DNA from: an uncultured virus (IMG/VR IMGVR_UViG_3300024354_000012)
Lineage: Duplodnaviria; Heunggongvirae; Uroviricota; Caudoviricetes
Reading direction: 5' to 3' (one strand)
Length of the DNA: 64,000 nucleotides
Virus record (IMG/VR): IMGVR_UViG_3300024354_000012
Position numbers and translations under genes: made by a program. Below the pieces are notes generated by a model. The model was not told the DNA's origin. It did not search any database and saw only the letters and a list, made by a program, of their open reading frames with translations. Of this stretch, positions 20,196 through 27,550 are shown one piece after another. The number at the start of each line of letters is the position of its first letter. The stretch's first letter is position 1.

Positions 20196-21426
20196 TGACG
20201 AGTGGTTGAACAACAAGATGCTCCAGATCACTAGATCGGGTCAGGAGCATCTGGTGAACGGAAGATATCCTACATATATCATTGACAACTATGACCAAAT
20301 CAACAACTACCTAGATGACGCCGATTGGCTATTTGTACAGACAGCAGGCGACTACATATTAGATTTTGATCACTTATGGACAAAGATACACTCCATACCT
20401 GACTATGTAGGACTTGTAGGACATCTAATCTGGGACCAAGGTGAATTTACTCCCTATCTAGAGGAACAGTGTTTTATTATAAACACCAAAGCTGTTAAAC
20501 ATCTAGATTTTAATTCATATATCGAAACAGGTAAAAACTTCATAAGAAGCGAAGATGACTTACATGAAGGTCATGCTCCTTTATGGTTAGCATTAGGAGA
20601 TCGTACAGAGATACGACATGGTAAGTTTGGAACCAAGCTGATGTCAGATATCTTAGAGAACGATTACTCTGTAGTAAATTTTGATCAGTCGTGGAGATAT
20701 TCTGACACGATCAAATTACCTATTAGACAAAATCCCTTGATAGAACAGCTGCCTACTAGAGGATATCTCTATCCGTATATAAAAACAGTGGCTTTTTCAG
20801 AAGCTCTAAAGTCTCTCAAGAGCAGCGATTATCTAGATCCAGCACAGCAGATAGCACTATCTGTGATCAACGAAACTATGAAGTTTAATTATATCAACGC
20901 CCTCTATTGGGATGATATCGTCAAAGACTACGACTGCGACTTAGTCATAGCACCTGCTAATGGGCTTATGGCTGAAACTTTGGCCTACTACAATCATGCC
21001 AAGAAGATTGTGATATACGATATTAATCCAAACAACATAGAATTCAAAAAATTTCTATATGAAAATTTTGATGGGCATGACTATGAACAATTTTATAAAA
21101 AATATGCCAAAGAAAGAAATCTCAAGATAGAACCCAATCATACTGTAGCGATAACCGATGAAATAAAATACCATAACAGAGAAGTGTTAGCCAATTGGGA
21201 TAAGATCAAGAAGATAGAAAAGACGTATATCAGTGGTGATCTATTTACGACATTGCCTTGGATACTTCCTCTTATAAGCAGCAAGACTATCATACACACT
21301 AGCACTATCTTAGGATACTATATCTTTTCCAATATACTACACGACCAAGAAGAGATAGATATGCGTGTAAGTGAACTATCAGCAGTTATAGAATCCACTG
21401 GAGCCGTTTGGTTAGGAGAAAGATGA
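20152..21426 (+). CDS. hypothetical protein, possible Rossmann/methyltransferase-like C-terminal domain
   Basis: IAPANG...VIYDIN. Confidence 0.55.
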   Translation: MAKKVSFITVRCCTDDEWLNNKMLQITRSGQEHLVNGRYPTYIIDNYDQINNYLDDADWLFVQTAGDYILDFDHLWTKIHSIPDYVGLVGHLIWDQGEFTPYLEEQCFIINTKAVKHLDFNSYIETGKNFIRSEDDLHEGHAPLWLALGDRTEIRHGKFGTKLMSDILENDYSVVNFDQSWRYSDTIKLPIRQNPLIEQLPTRGYLYPYIKTVAFSEALKSLKSSDYLDPAQQIALSVINETMKFNYINALYWDDIVKDYDCDLVIAPANGLMAETLAYYNHAKKIVIYDINPNNIEFKKFLYENFDGHDYEQFYKKYAKERNLKIEPNHTVAITDEIKYHNREVLANWDKIKKIEKTYISGDLFTTLPWILPLISSKTIIHTSTILGYYIFSNILHDQEEIDMRVSELSAVIESTGAVWLGER

Positions 21427-22106
21427 AGTACGAATACTATTACAATCAGATGCCAGGGCAAGAACCTTGGCGCAACAATCTGATCTATACCAGCCTTATG
21501 AGCGAAGATGGTACTGTATTCGTACAATGGTACTATAATGATACTGCCTATCACCAAGGGCAGAATCAGGTAGTGGATCCCGAATTGATGGAAGAAAAAT
21601 GGCAACGTGAGCTAAAGTATCTACAGCTGATGCGAGCTTCGCACAGTCATCTGGTGCCAGAAATACTAGACATCGATTACAAGTATAGAAAAATCTATCT
21701 GCGTGTCAATGGCAACGACTTTTGGCAGCGTAAGCTAGACGTTGGCAGTTTCGATGCTGTGTTGCCCAATTGGCGTGAACAGATGTTGGAAATCATAGAC
21801 GCACACAAGAAGCTAAAATTACACAAATACAGCATGCATCCCAGCAGCTATTTCCTAGTCGACGGACAGTTGAAAAGCATCAACTACTTTTTTACCTATC
21901 ACGACAGCGAACCTTATATCAGCATAGCCGACGTAGAAAGCCATATCTATTCTACGAGACAGGAACAGATGAAGAAAGTGTTAGCTGAAAGCACGATTAG
22001 CTGGAACGATCCGCAACCCTGGACCACTTTCGATTGGCTGTGTTGGAACAGCTTTAGATCAGAATATCCAGCAGATTTCGTAGAGGAAGCATTAAAACAT
22101 GTTTAA
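21423..22106 (+). CDS. hypothetical protein, possible kinase-like fold (paralog of 16926)
   Basis: YTSLMSEDGTVF, WQRE, PEILDID, MHPSSYF. Confidence 0.55.
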   Translation: MKYEYYYNQMPGQEPWRNNLIYTSLMSEDGTVFVQWYYNDTAYHQGQNQVVDPELMEEKWQRELKYLQLMRASHSHLVPEILDIDYKYRKIYLRVNGNDFWQRKLDVGSFDAVLPNWREQMLEIIDAHKKLKLHKYSMHPSSYFLVDGQLKSINYFFTYHDSEPYISIADVESHIYSTRQEQMKKVLAESTISWNDPQPWTTFDWLCWNSFRSEYPADFVEEALKHV

Positions 22107-22656
22107 ACTCATACGCTGGAACCCCGATCTAGATCTTTCGGACTTTTACAGGCGAGCAGCAGCCAAAGGTTTTGAAAATAATTCCAATCAGCAGATCATG
22201 ATCGATTCTTTGAGCAAAGAAGAACGATGGGCCGCATGGATTTTATATTATAATGATCTAGCTGCTGGTGCTGTAGCTGCGCATTCTTTTCCTGAGATGG
22301 GAGAAAATGCTTATAGGATCTGCGCCAGGACTTGTGTACTATCTGATGATCTGCCTTTACATCATTTGAGAACCAAATGGGGAATCATACGGCATCAAAA
22401 CTACACCGCACAGTTTTTCATACCTGCCTGTATAGAATGGGCCGGTCGTGACAAAGATCTTTACATCACTAGCAATGAAAGCAAATCAGGTAGCCAAAGA
22501 CTGGTACATGAAATTTTTTGTCCTTTATTAGCCAAAAGTGGTGTACTTTCCAAAACAAAGGATATATACTATAGAGGTCTTACACAAACTGCTTGGCGTC
22601 TCGATGTTGAGCTGTTTTTTAAGCAACTAGATCAATTTGGTAGATGGGTGTTGTAA
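22099..22656 (+). CDS. hypothetical protein, possible GNAT-like fold
   Basis: AWILYY...AGAVAAH...RICARTCV pattern. Confidence 0.45.
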   Translation: MFKLIRWNPDLDLSDFYRRAAAKGFENNSNQQIMIDSLSKEERWAAWILYYNDLAAGAVAAHSFPEMGENAYRICARTCVLSDDLPLHHLRTKWGIIRHQNYTAQFFIPACIEWAGRDKDLYITSNESKSGSQRLVHEIFCPLLAKSGVLSKTKDIYYRGLTQTAWRLDVELFFKQLDQFGRWVL

Positions 22657-22691
22657 AAATGCAACAATTTTACCAAAAATGAATCTAGGGG

Positions 22692-22720
22692 TTGACAACG
22701 AGACTAAATAAACTTATACT
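22692..22720 (+). promoter_or_regulatory. sigma70 promoter of leader/tRNA operon (TAAATA late motif in spacer)
   Basis: TTGACA-17nt-TATACT. Confidence 0.9.
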
Positions 22721-22761
22721 TGGACTAACTGTTAGAAATAACAGAAAGGAAACTGAAGCAA

Positions 22762-22911
22762 ATGAAATCATCGACATTACATAGACAAATGATACAGAAA
22801 GCGCAATTGGGCGGCTTTAATGCCACCTATTGGCCCGTATGTTCAATTAGTCTCGCTAATGATCGTACACCAGAGCTACAGCCGGGGTCCACGAAGGATA
22901 CGATGATGTAA
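22762..22911 (+). CDS. putative attenuator leader peptide (49 aa, all 20 amino acids)
   Basis: AGAAAGGA RBS; MKSSTLHRQMIQKAQLGGFNATYWPVCSISLANDRTPELQPGSTKDTMM; overlaps antiterminator. Confidence 0.75.
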   Translation: MKSSTLHRQMIQKAQLGGFNATYWPVCSISLANDRTPELQPGSTKDTMM

Positions 22912-22944
22912 CACAAATTACACATCAAGAATTCAAAGGACCCC
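22884..22944 (+). promoter_or_regulatory. antiterminator hairpin
   Basis: GGGGTCC pairs with GGACCCC; inner GATG-A-TGTAA pairs with TTACA-CATC. Confidence 0.75.
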
Positions 22945-22972
22945 AGGATTAAAAACCCTGGGGTTTTTGTTT
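22940..22972 (+). terminator. intrinsic terminator (attenuator)
   Basis: ACCCCAGG / CCTGGGGT stem followed by TTTTGTTT. Confidence 0.85.
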
Positions 22973-22986
22973 ATAAGGAATGAAGA

Positions 22987-23175
22987 ATGGAATGGAAATA
23001 CGAAAACATCGATCATAGCAAGCTCAATGATCGTATCGTCGAGCAAGCATATCATGGAACGCTTCCATCTGTTTTAAACGAGGAAAGTGTTCAGCGTATG
23101 ATCGCTGACAAGATTGAAAGAGCAAAACAGGAAAGAAACTGCTTAGTTAAGCTAGGTTACTTTACTGAGAACTAA
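22987..23175 (+). CDS. small hypothetical protein, first gene after attenuator
   Basis: AAGGA RBS; 62 aa. Confidence 0.6.
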   Translation: MEWKYENIDHSKLNDRIVEQAYHGTLPSVLNEESVQRMIADKIERAKQERNCLVKLGYFTEN

Positions 23176-23185
23176 AGTGTGTATA

Positions 23186-23410
23186 GGGAACGCGGCCCTG
23201 CTGGCACTATAAACATCGGCTATTAACGTGGGCGGCCTGGGGGATGAGAAGCCTGTGGCGGAAACGCAGGTGGTAAAAACCCAGTGTAGTTAAACACTCT
23301 CTCTTGCCTTTGAAACAGGCATGACAGCATAGCGGAGAGTGCTTAACTACCCACACCTACCCTTCTCCCCCTGACGGATAAAACGCATAGCGGCTGGAAT
23401 AGGTGTGGTA
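23186..23410 (+). ncRNA. structured non-coding RNA(s), unknown
   Basis: GC-rich multi-hairpin region; 16-bp stem 23286-23301/23335-23350; 9-bp stem 23351-59/23400-08. Confidence 0.55.
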
Positions 23411-23418
23411 CATAATTT

Positions 23419-23504
23419 GGAGGCGTGTGCCGAGCAGCGAAGGCAGCGGTCTGTAAAACCGTGACATAGAAACAGCGTAGGTGCGAGTCCTACCGCCTCC
23501 ACCA
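23419..23504 (+). tRNA. tRNA-Tyr(GTA)
   Basis: cloverleaf, loop CTGTAAA, long V arm, CCA. Confidence 0.9.
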
Positions 23505-23532
23505 TATTCACGCTAAATATTAGGCAAGGAGA

Positions 23533-23970
23533 ATGCCTATGATAGCTACTAAATTTACTACGACTAACAATGATTCTAATTTTACAACCATCGACGAGTT
23601 CAGTGGGTGGTTAAGGGATCTTGTAGGAATAGAATATTTTAAAGAACTGACTTATATTAGGTCGGATGCGATCATAGACGGAATTGCTACTCCTGTAGGT
23701 AGTTATTATTGGGAAGCAGAAACAAAGAGTGCGATTTATATGGTCTTTCATCGAGATCTGCTTGACGCTAAATCCTTCCAATTAAATTACCTTTCTAATG
23801 ATATAGCACGTTCTGTAGAGCAGGCCGTCAAAGAACACGGTTGGTCTATTAAGATGGAATCACTATCAGCAGATCCTGATCCGGAAGTTAGCAATTTCCA
23901 AATCATAGATCATCCTACAAACGTAGAAAACATACGCCCTAGCAGAAGAACAGAAATTAGCGGCCCTTAA
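23533..23970 (+). CDS. hypothetical protein
   Basis: TAAATA motif and AAGGAG RBS upstream; stop overlaps next tRNA. Confidence 0.65.
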   Translation: MPMIATKFTTTNNDSNFTTIDEFSGWLRDLVGIEYFKELTYIRSDAIIDGIATPVGSYYWEAETKSAIYMVFHRDLLDAKSFQLNYLSNDIARSVEQAVKEHGWSIKMESLSADPDPEVSNFQIIDHPTNVENIRPSRRTEISGP

Positions 23971-24038
23971 CTCAGCTGGACCAGAGTGCTTGTCTTCGAA
24001 ACAAGAAGTCGGGAGTTCGAATCTCTCAGGGCCGGCCA
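23961..24038 (+). tRNA. tRNA-Arg(TCG)
   Basis: loop CTTCGAA, TTCGAAT, CCA. Confidence 0.9.
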
Positions 24039-24044
24039 ATCATT

Positions 24045-24118
24045 ATCGGACTGATGTAACGGCAGCATGACGGTCTCCAAAACCGTTCGTTGGGGTTCAA
24101 ATCCCTAGTCCGGTGCCA
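24045..24118 (+). tRNA. tRNA-Trp(CCA)
   Basis: loop CTCCAAA, CCA end. Confidence 0.9.
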
Positions 24119-24121
24119 TTT

Positions 24122-24199
24122 ACCACTTTAGCTCAACTGGATAAGAGCACAACCTTGCGAAGGTTGAGGTTAGGGGTTCGAGTCCCTTAAGTGGTGCCA
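24122..24199 (+). tRNA. tRNA-Arg(GCG)
   Basis: loop TTGCGAA, CCA end. Confidence 0.88.
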
Positions 24200-24612
24200 A
24201 AGATGTCTGGATGTGAAGGTTTAACTGTAACATTTATGACTTTGCTGACAAATTTAAAATGTCGGCTCAACGTATCAAATATTTCGATGTTAAGTGCTTG
24301 ACCTGCTCGGCTATAACTGTTACTGCCTATAGCACCATAGTAATCTATGTCAAGACCTTTGCGTCGACCATAGTCAGGAAATACACCACAAAGAAAGAGA
24401 CATTCGTCTCCTAAGCTCTTAGCATCATGTGAGTTTTTTATCCTATGATAAGTTTCTATGAAACTATCTTCGGGCATCCAGTTTGGACGATCGATATGGC
24501 TGGCGAGCAACATGACTACATATTGCTCGACGAACAACGGCAGCTCATACCCGTAACTATCTTTAGTTTGGTTAATGAGCAGCTTGAATGCTGAAACGTA
24601 TTCATCGCTCAT
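24187..24612 (-). CDS. hypothetical protein antisense within tRNA array (start refined)
   Basis: MSDEYV...LGDECLFLCGVFP...YY; TAAATA-N5-ATG start. Confidence 0.7.
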   Translation of the reverse strand: MSDEYVSAFKLLINQTKDSYGYELPLFVEQYVVMLLASHIDRPNWMPEDSFIETYHRIKNSHDAKSLGDECLFLCGVFPDYGRRKGLDIDYYGAIGSNSYSRAGQALNIEIFDTLSRHFKFVSKVINVTVKPSHPDIFGTT

Positions 24613-24630
24613 AATAATATTTATTTCAGA

Positions 24631-24704
24631 GGTGTCTTTAGTGTAGTGGTAGCAAAGCTGACTGTGAATCAGCAGGCGAGGGTTCGATTCCCCAAGGCAC
24701 CCCA
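24631..24704 (+). tRNA. tRNA-His(GTG)
   Basis: loop CTGTGAA, G-1/C73 arrangement, CCA. Confidence 0.85.
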
Positions 24705-24708
24705 TTTT

Positions 24709-24860
24709 AAGGGATAGACGATAGTTTAGAGTCCCTGCCAGTCTAGGCACAGTGGGGTTGACTGTGTTGACACTATAGTATGACTGAAGCCGGTATGTTA
24801 AACTTGACTATTCGAGACAATCTAGCGAGTCCTCCCAGGAGGATAGTTAGGCGCCCGACT
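24709..24860 (+). ncRNA. structured intergenic RNA, unknown
   Basis: hairpins GCACAGT/ACTGTGT, TCCTC/GAGGA, GGGA/TCCC between two tRNAs. Confidence 0.45.
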
Positions 24861-24865
24861 TTTAT

Positions 24866-24943
24866 CTGTGTGTAATGTCAGCCCGGGAGACGGCCTGGTT
24901 TGGAGCCAGGAGGCCGTAGGTTCAAATCCTACCACACAGACCA
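24866..24943 (+). tRNA. tRNA-Pro(TGG)
   Basis: loop TTTGGAG, CCA. Confidence 0.88.
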
Positions 24944-24948
24944 AATAT

Positions 24949-25024
24949 GCCAGTTTAGCTGATGTGGTCATAGCGGTGGTCTGAAGAACCATTGAACTAG
25001 GTTCGATTCCTAGAGCTGGCACCA
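24949..25024 (+). tRNA. tRNA-Phe(GAA)
   Basis: loop CTGAAGA, CCA. Confidence 0.9.
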
Positions 25025-25034
25025 AATTTTTTAG

Positions 25035-25062
25035 TTGACACGTTTTTTAGATGTGCTATATT
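25035..25062 (+). promoter_or_regulatory. sigma70-type promoter
   Basis: TTGACA-16nt-TATATT. Confidence 0.7.
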
Positions 25063-25079
25063 AGTATCATAACTGGCTA

Positions 25080-25154
25080 GGGCGTGTAGCTTAAAGGTGA
25101 AGCCGGCCGCTCATAACGGTCTTAGTGTGTGTTCGAGTCACACCGCGCCCACCA
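25080..25154 (+). tRNA. tRNA(CAT), probably Ile2 (lysidine type)
   Basis: loop CTCATAA; Ile2 vs Met assigned by resemblance only. Confidence 0.8.
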
Positions 25155-25169
25155 GTTATTAAAGTTTTT

Positions 25170-25268
25170 GCCCCTGTAGCTTAATGGTAAAGAAGCGAGC
25201 TTATACCTCGCCAAAGCACAGGCCAGATAAGCCTGAGTGTGCAGGTTCGAGTCCTGCCAGGGGCACCA
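25170..25268 (+). tRNA. tRNA-Ile(TAT) with very long variable arm
   Basis: loop CTTATAC; about 29-nt variable region; CCA. Confidence 0.7.
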
Positions 25269-25273
25269 TATGC

Positions 25274-25349
25274 GGGCGTATAACTCAGTCGGTAGAGTAG
25301 CTGACTCTTAATCAGTTTGTCGTAGGTTCGATCCCTACTGCGCCTACCA
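25274..25349 (+). tRNA. tRNA-Lys(CTT)
   Basis: loop CTCTTAA, CCA. Confidence 0.9.
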
Positions 25350-25354
25350 AGTAT

Positions 25355-25430
25355 GCCGTCGTAGTGTTAGTGGCTAGCACGACTGTTTGTGGAGCAGTAG
25401 GAGTTGGATCGAAACCAACCGCCGGTACCA
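25355..25430 (+). tRNA. atypical tRNA(GTG), His anticodon
   Basis: loop TTGTGGA; T-loop ATCGAAA; A73; acceptor mismatch. Confidence 0.65.
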
Positions 25431-25435
25431 TTTAA

Positions 25436-25530
25436 GCACTAGCCGTAAGGCCGGCGATAAGAAGGAAGCACGAGCATAGCTGTGTTTGCTTGGTCGGTGG
25501 ATTGGAACGACTCACTCTTTTCACTAGTGC
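25436..25530 (+). ncRNA. stem-closed intergenic RNA, unknown
   Basis: GCACTAG/CTAGTGC closing stem with internal hairpins. Confidence 0.45.
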
Positions 25531-25535
25531 CCTTT

Positions 25536-25613
25536 GCCCCTGTGGACAAATTGGTAAAGTCATCTCTCTCAAAAGGAGAAGTTCTCTCAGTTCGAATCTG
25601 AGCAGGGGTACCA
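25536..25613 (+). tRNA. tRNA-Leu(CAA), short variable arm
   Basis: loop CTCAAAA, Leu-type D loop, CCA. Confidence 0.8.
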
Positions 25614-25628
25614 CTTATAAATAGACTG

Positions 25629-27116
25629 ATGAAAGGTCTTATTTTTAATATTTTGGGTTCACCGACCCGAACGCTAGGCGCATATCGTATAGCTCATTGT
25701 CTCAGAGAAGAAGGTTGGGACATCGAAGTTATCGACTTCTGCGAAGTTTGGGAGTTAGATGAATTACAAGAGTTAGCAAAATCCCGGATCGACAAAGACA
25801 CTGTCTTTCTAGGATTTAGTTTTCTTTTCAGCAACATGTCTGAAAGATTTGAAAACTATATCAAATGGTTGAAAGTTACTTTCCCAGATGTATTGTTGAT
25901 TTCAGGAGGACAAGTAGCTGCTCAGTTTGATACTAGTTCTTTTGATTTACATATAAAAGGTTTCGGTGAACTAGCACTGTTAGAATTCCTTAGATGGTAC
26001 AAAGGCAACGGACCTAGACCGAGATTTGATTTGTTATCAAAAGGGTGTAAGCTCATAGATGCTAACAAACAGTATCCGGCATATCCAATGAAGAGTCTCA
26101 TGGTCAAGTATGAAGATAGAGATTTCATAGACTCAAACGAATGGTTGACTATAGAGTTTGCTCGAGGTTGTAAATTTAAATGTGACTTCTGTAACTTTCC
26201 AATCTTAGGAGTCAAGGGCGACTATAGCAGAGATGCCGAAGACGCTAGGATACAATTACAAGACAGCTATGATAGATTCGGAGTATCCAACTATCTCGTA
26301 TCAGATGAAACATTTAATGACCGAACTGAAAAGATCAGCAAGTTCGCTGATGTTGTAGAACAGCTTTCATTCCGACCTTGGTTCTCAGGATTCGTCAGGG
26401 CAGATTTATTGATATCTCGTCCTAGAGATAGAGAAGAACTGCTTAGGATGAATTTCCTAGGACAGTATTATGGTATAGAAAGTTTCAACAGAGATGCTGC
26501 CAGGATAGTTGGCAAAGGAATGGATCCTGAAAAGATCAAACAAGGGTTGATAGATATAAAAAATTATTATCATTCAAATGGTACAAAATTGTATCGAGGA
26601 TCTATTAGTTTGATCATAGGGTTAGCAAAAGAAAATAGAGAAAGCCTAGACAATACTATTAGATGGTTGACAGAGAATTGGAGTGGCGAATCATTCAGTC
26701 CGTTTGTATTAGAAGTGCCTATAGGTTCGTTCGATACAAAATCTTCGATAAGTTCAAACTATCAATCATATGGTTATAGATTGATGAAAGATTCTGATGT
26801 AAAACGCAGCGCAAACTTGAATGTCGGGTATGTTAGGAGAGAAACAGCTCTTAGTGAAGACTGTCTAAAATGGGAGCATGACGATCTTAACATAGTAGAA
26901 GCTACCCAGATACAGGATGAATGGTTAGAAGTTAGAGATAATCCTAACAATAAATTCACTGTAAACTGTTTTAGTTTAAGCGATGTCGGTAGACACTTAC
27001 CTATATCTGAAAAATTAAAACTGCCTCAAAAGGCAATCGACATGAGTACAGATTGGAATCATCCAGATTTCAAAGAACTGATGGCGAATTATAAGTTCAA
27101 AAAATTATCTTTGTGA
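25629..27116 (+). CDS. B12-binding-like radical SAM protein
   Basis: ISGG...GFGE, ARGCKFKCDFC, SDETF, GIESF. Confidence 0.88.
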   Translation: MKGLIFNILGSPTRTLGAYRIAHCLREEGWDIEVIDFCEVWELDELQELAKSRIDKDTVFLGFSFLFSNMSERFENYIKWLKVTFPDVLLISGGQVAAQFDTSSFDLHIKGFGELALLEFLRWYKGNGPRPRFDLLSKGCKLIDANKQYPAYPMKSLMVKYEDRDFIDSNEWLTIEFARGCKFKCDFCNFPILGVKGDYSRDAEDARIQLQDSYDRFGVSNYLVSDETFNDRTEKISKFADVVEQLSFRPWFSGFVRADLLISRPRDREELLRMNFLGQYYGIESFNRDAARIVGKGMDPEKIKQGLIDIKNYYHSNGTKLYRGSISLIIGLAKENRESLDNTIRWLTENWSGESFSPFVLEVPIGSFDTKSSISSNYQSYGYRLMKDSDVKRSANLNVGYVRRETALSEDCLKWEHDDLNIVEATQIQDEWLEVRDNPNNKFTVNCFSLSDVGRHLPISEKLKLPQKAIDMSTDWNHPDFKELMANYKFKKLSL

Positions 27117-27145
27117 TTGACAGCAGTCAGTTAATGTAGTACAAT
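27117..27145 (+). promoter_or_regulatory. sigma70-type promoter
   Basis: TTGACA-17nt-TACAAT. Confidence 0.85.
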
Positions 27146-27157
27146 AATCAAACTTAG

Positions 27158-27235
27158 GGACAGGTGCCAGAGAGGTCCAATGGAACAGTCTGCAAAACTG
27201 TAAAGCCGTGGGTTCAAATCCCACCCTGTCCTCCA
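27158..27235 (+). tRNA. tRNA-Cys(GCA)
   Basis: loop CTGCAAA, U73, CCA. Confidence 0.9.
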
Positions 27236-27262
27236 CGTTGTTTGACAATCAAATCAGTTAAT

Positions 27263-27337
27263 GCTCCGGTCGTCTATCGGTCAGGACGCTGCCCTTTCAA
27301 GGCGGAAAGAGGGGTTCGACTCCCCTTCGGAGTACCA
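27263..27337 (+). tRNA. tRNA-Glu(TTC)
   Basis: loop CTTTCAA, CCA. Confidence 0.9.
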
Positions 27338-27343
27338 TTTAAT

Positions 27344-27419
27344 GCGGGCGTAGCTCAGTTGGTAGAGCATTACCTTGCCAAGGTAAATGTCGTCGGTTCG
27401 AACCCGATCGCCCGCTCCA
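27344..27419 (+). tRNA. tRNA-Gly(GCC)
   Basis: loop TTGCCAA, CCA. Confidence 0.92.
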
Positions 27420-27474
27420 ATTTTTTAAAGGAGGAAACTATCATGGGAGATGATGGTAAATCTGGTAAACGTTT

Positions 27475-27550
27475 GGGCCCTTAGCTCAGTAGGTAGAGCA
27501 GCGGACTTTTAATCCGTTGGTCGTGAGTTCGAATCTCACAGGGCCCACCA
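27475..27550 (+). tRNA. tRNA-Lys(TTT)
   Basis: loop CTTTTAA, CCA. Confidence 0.92.

Noticed and set aside
22762..22911. Leader ORF as a RiPP precursor for the adjacent radical SAM cluster
   Set aside because: It has its own early promoter and overlapping attenuator hairpins and lacks a repeated core motif; not fully excluded.
23371..23400. CTGACGGA...GAA as a hammerhead ribozyme core
   Set aside because: Does not match CUGAUGA/GAAA with three flanking stems.
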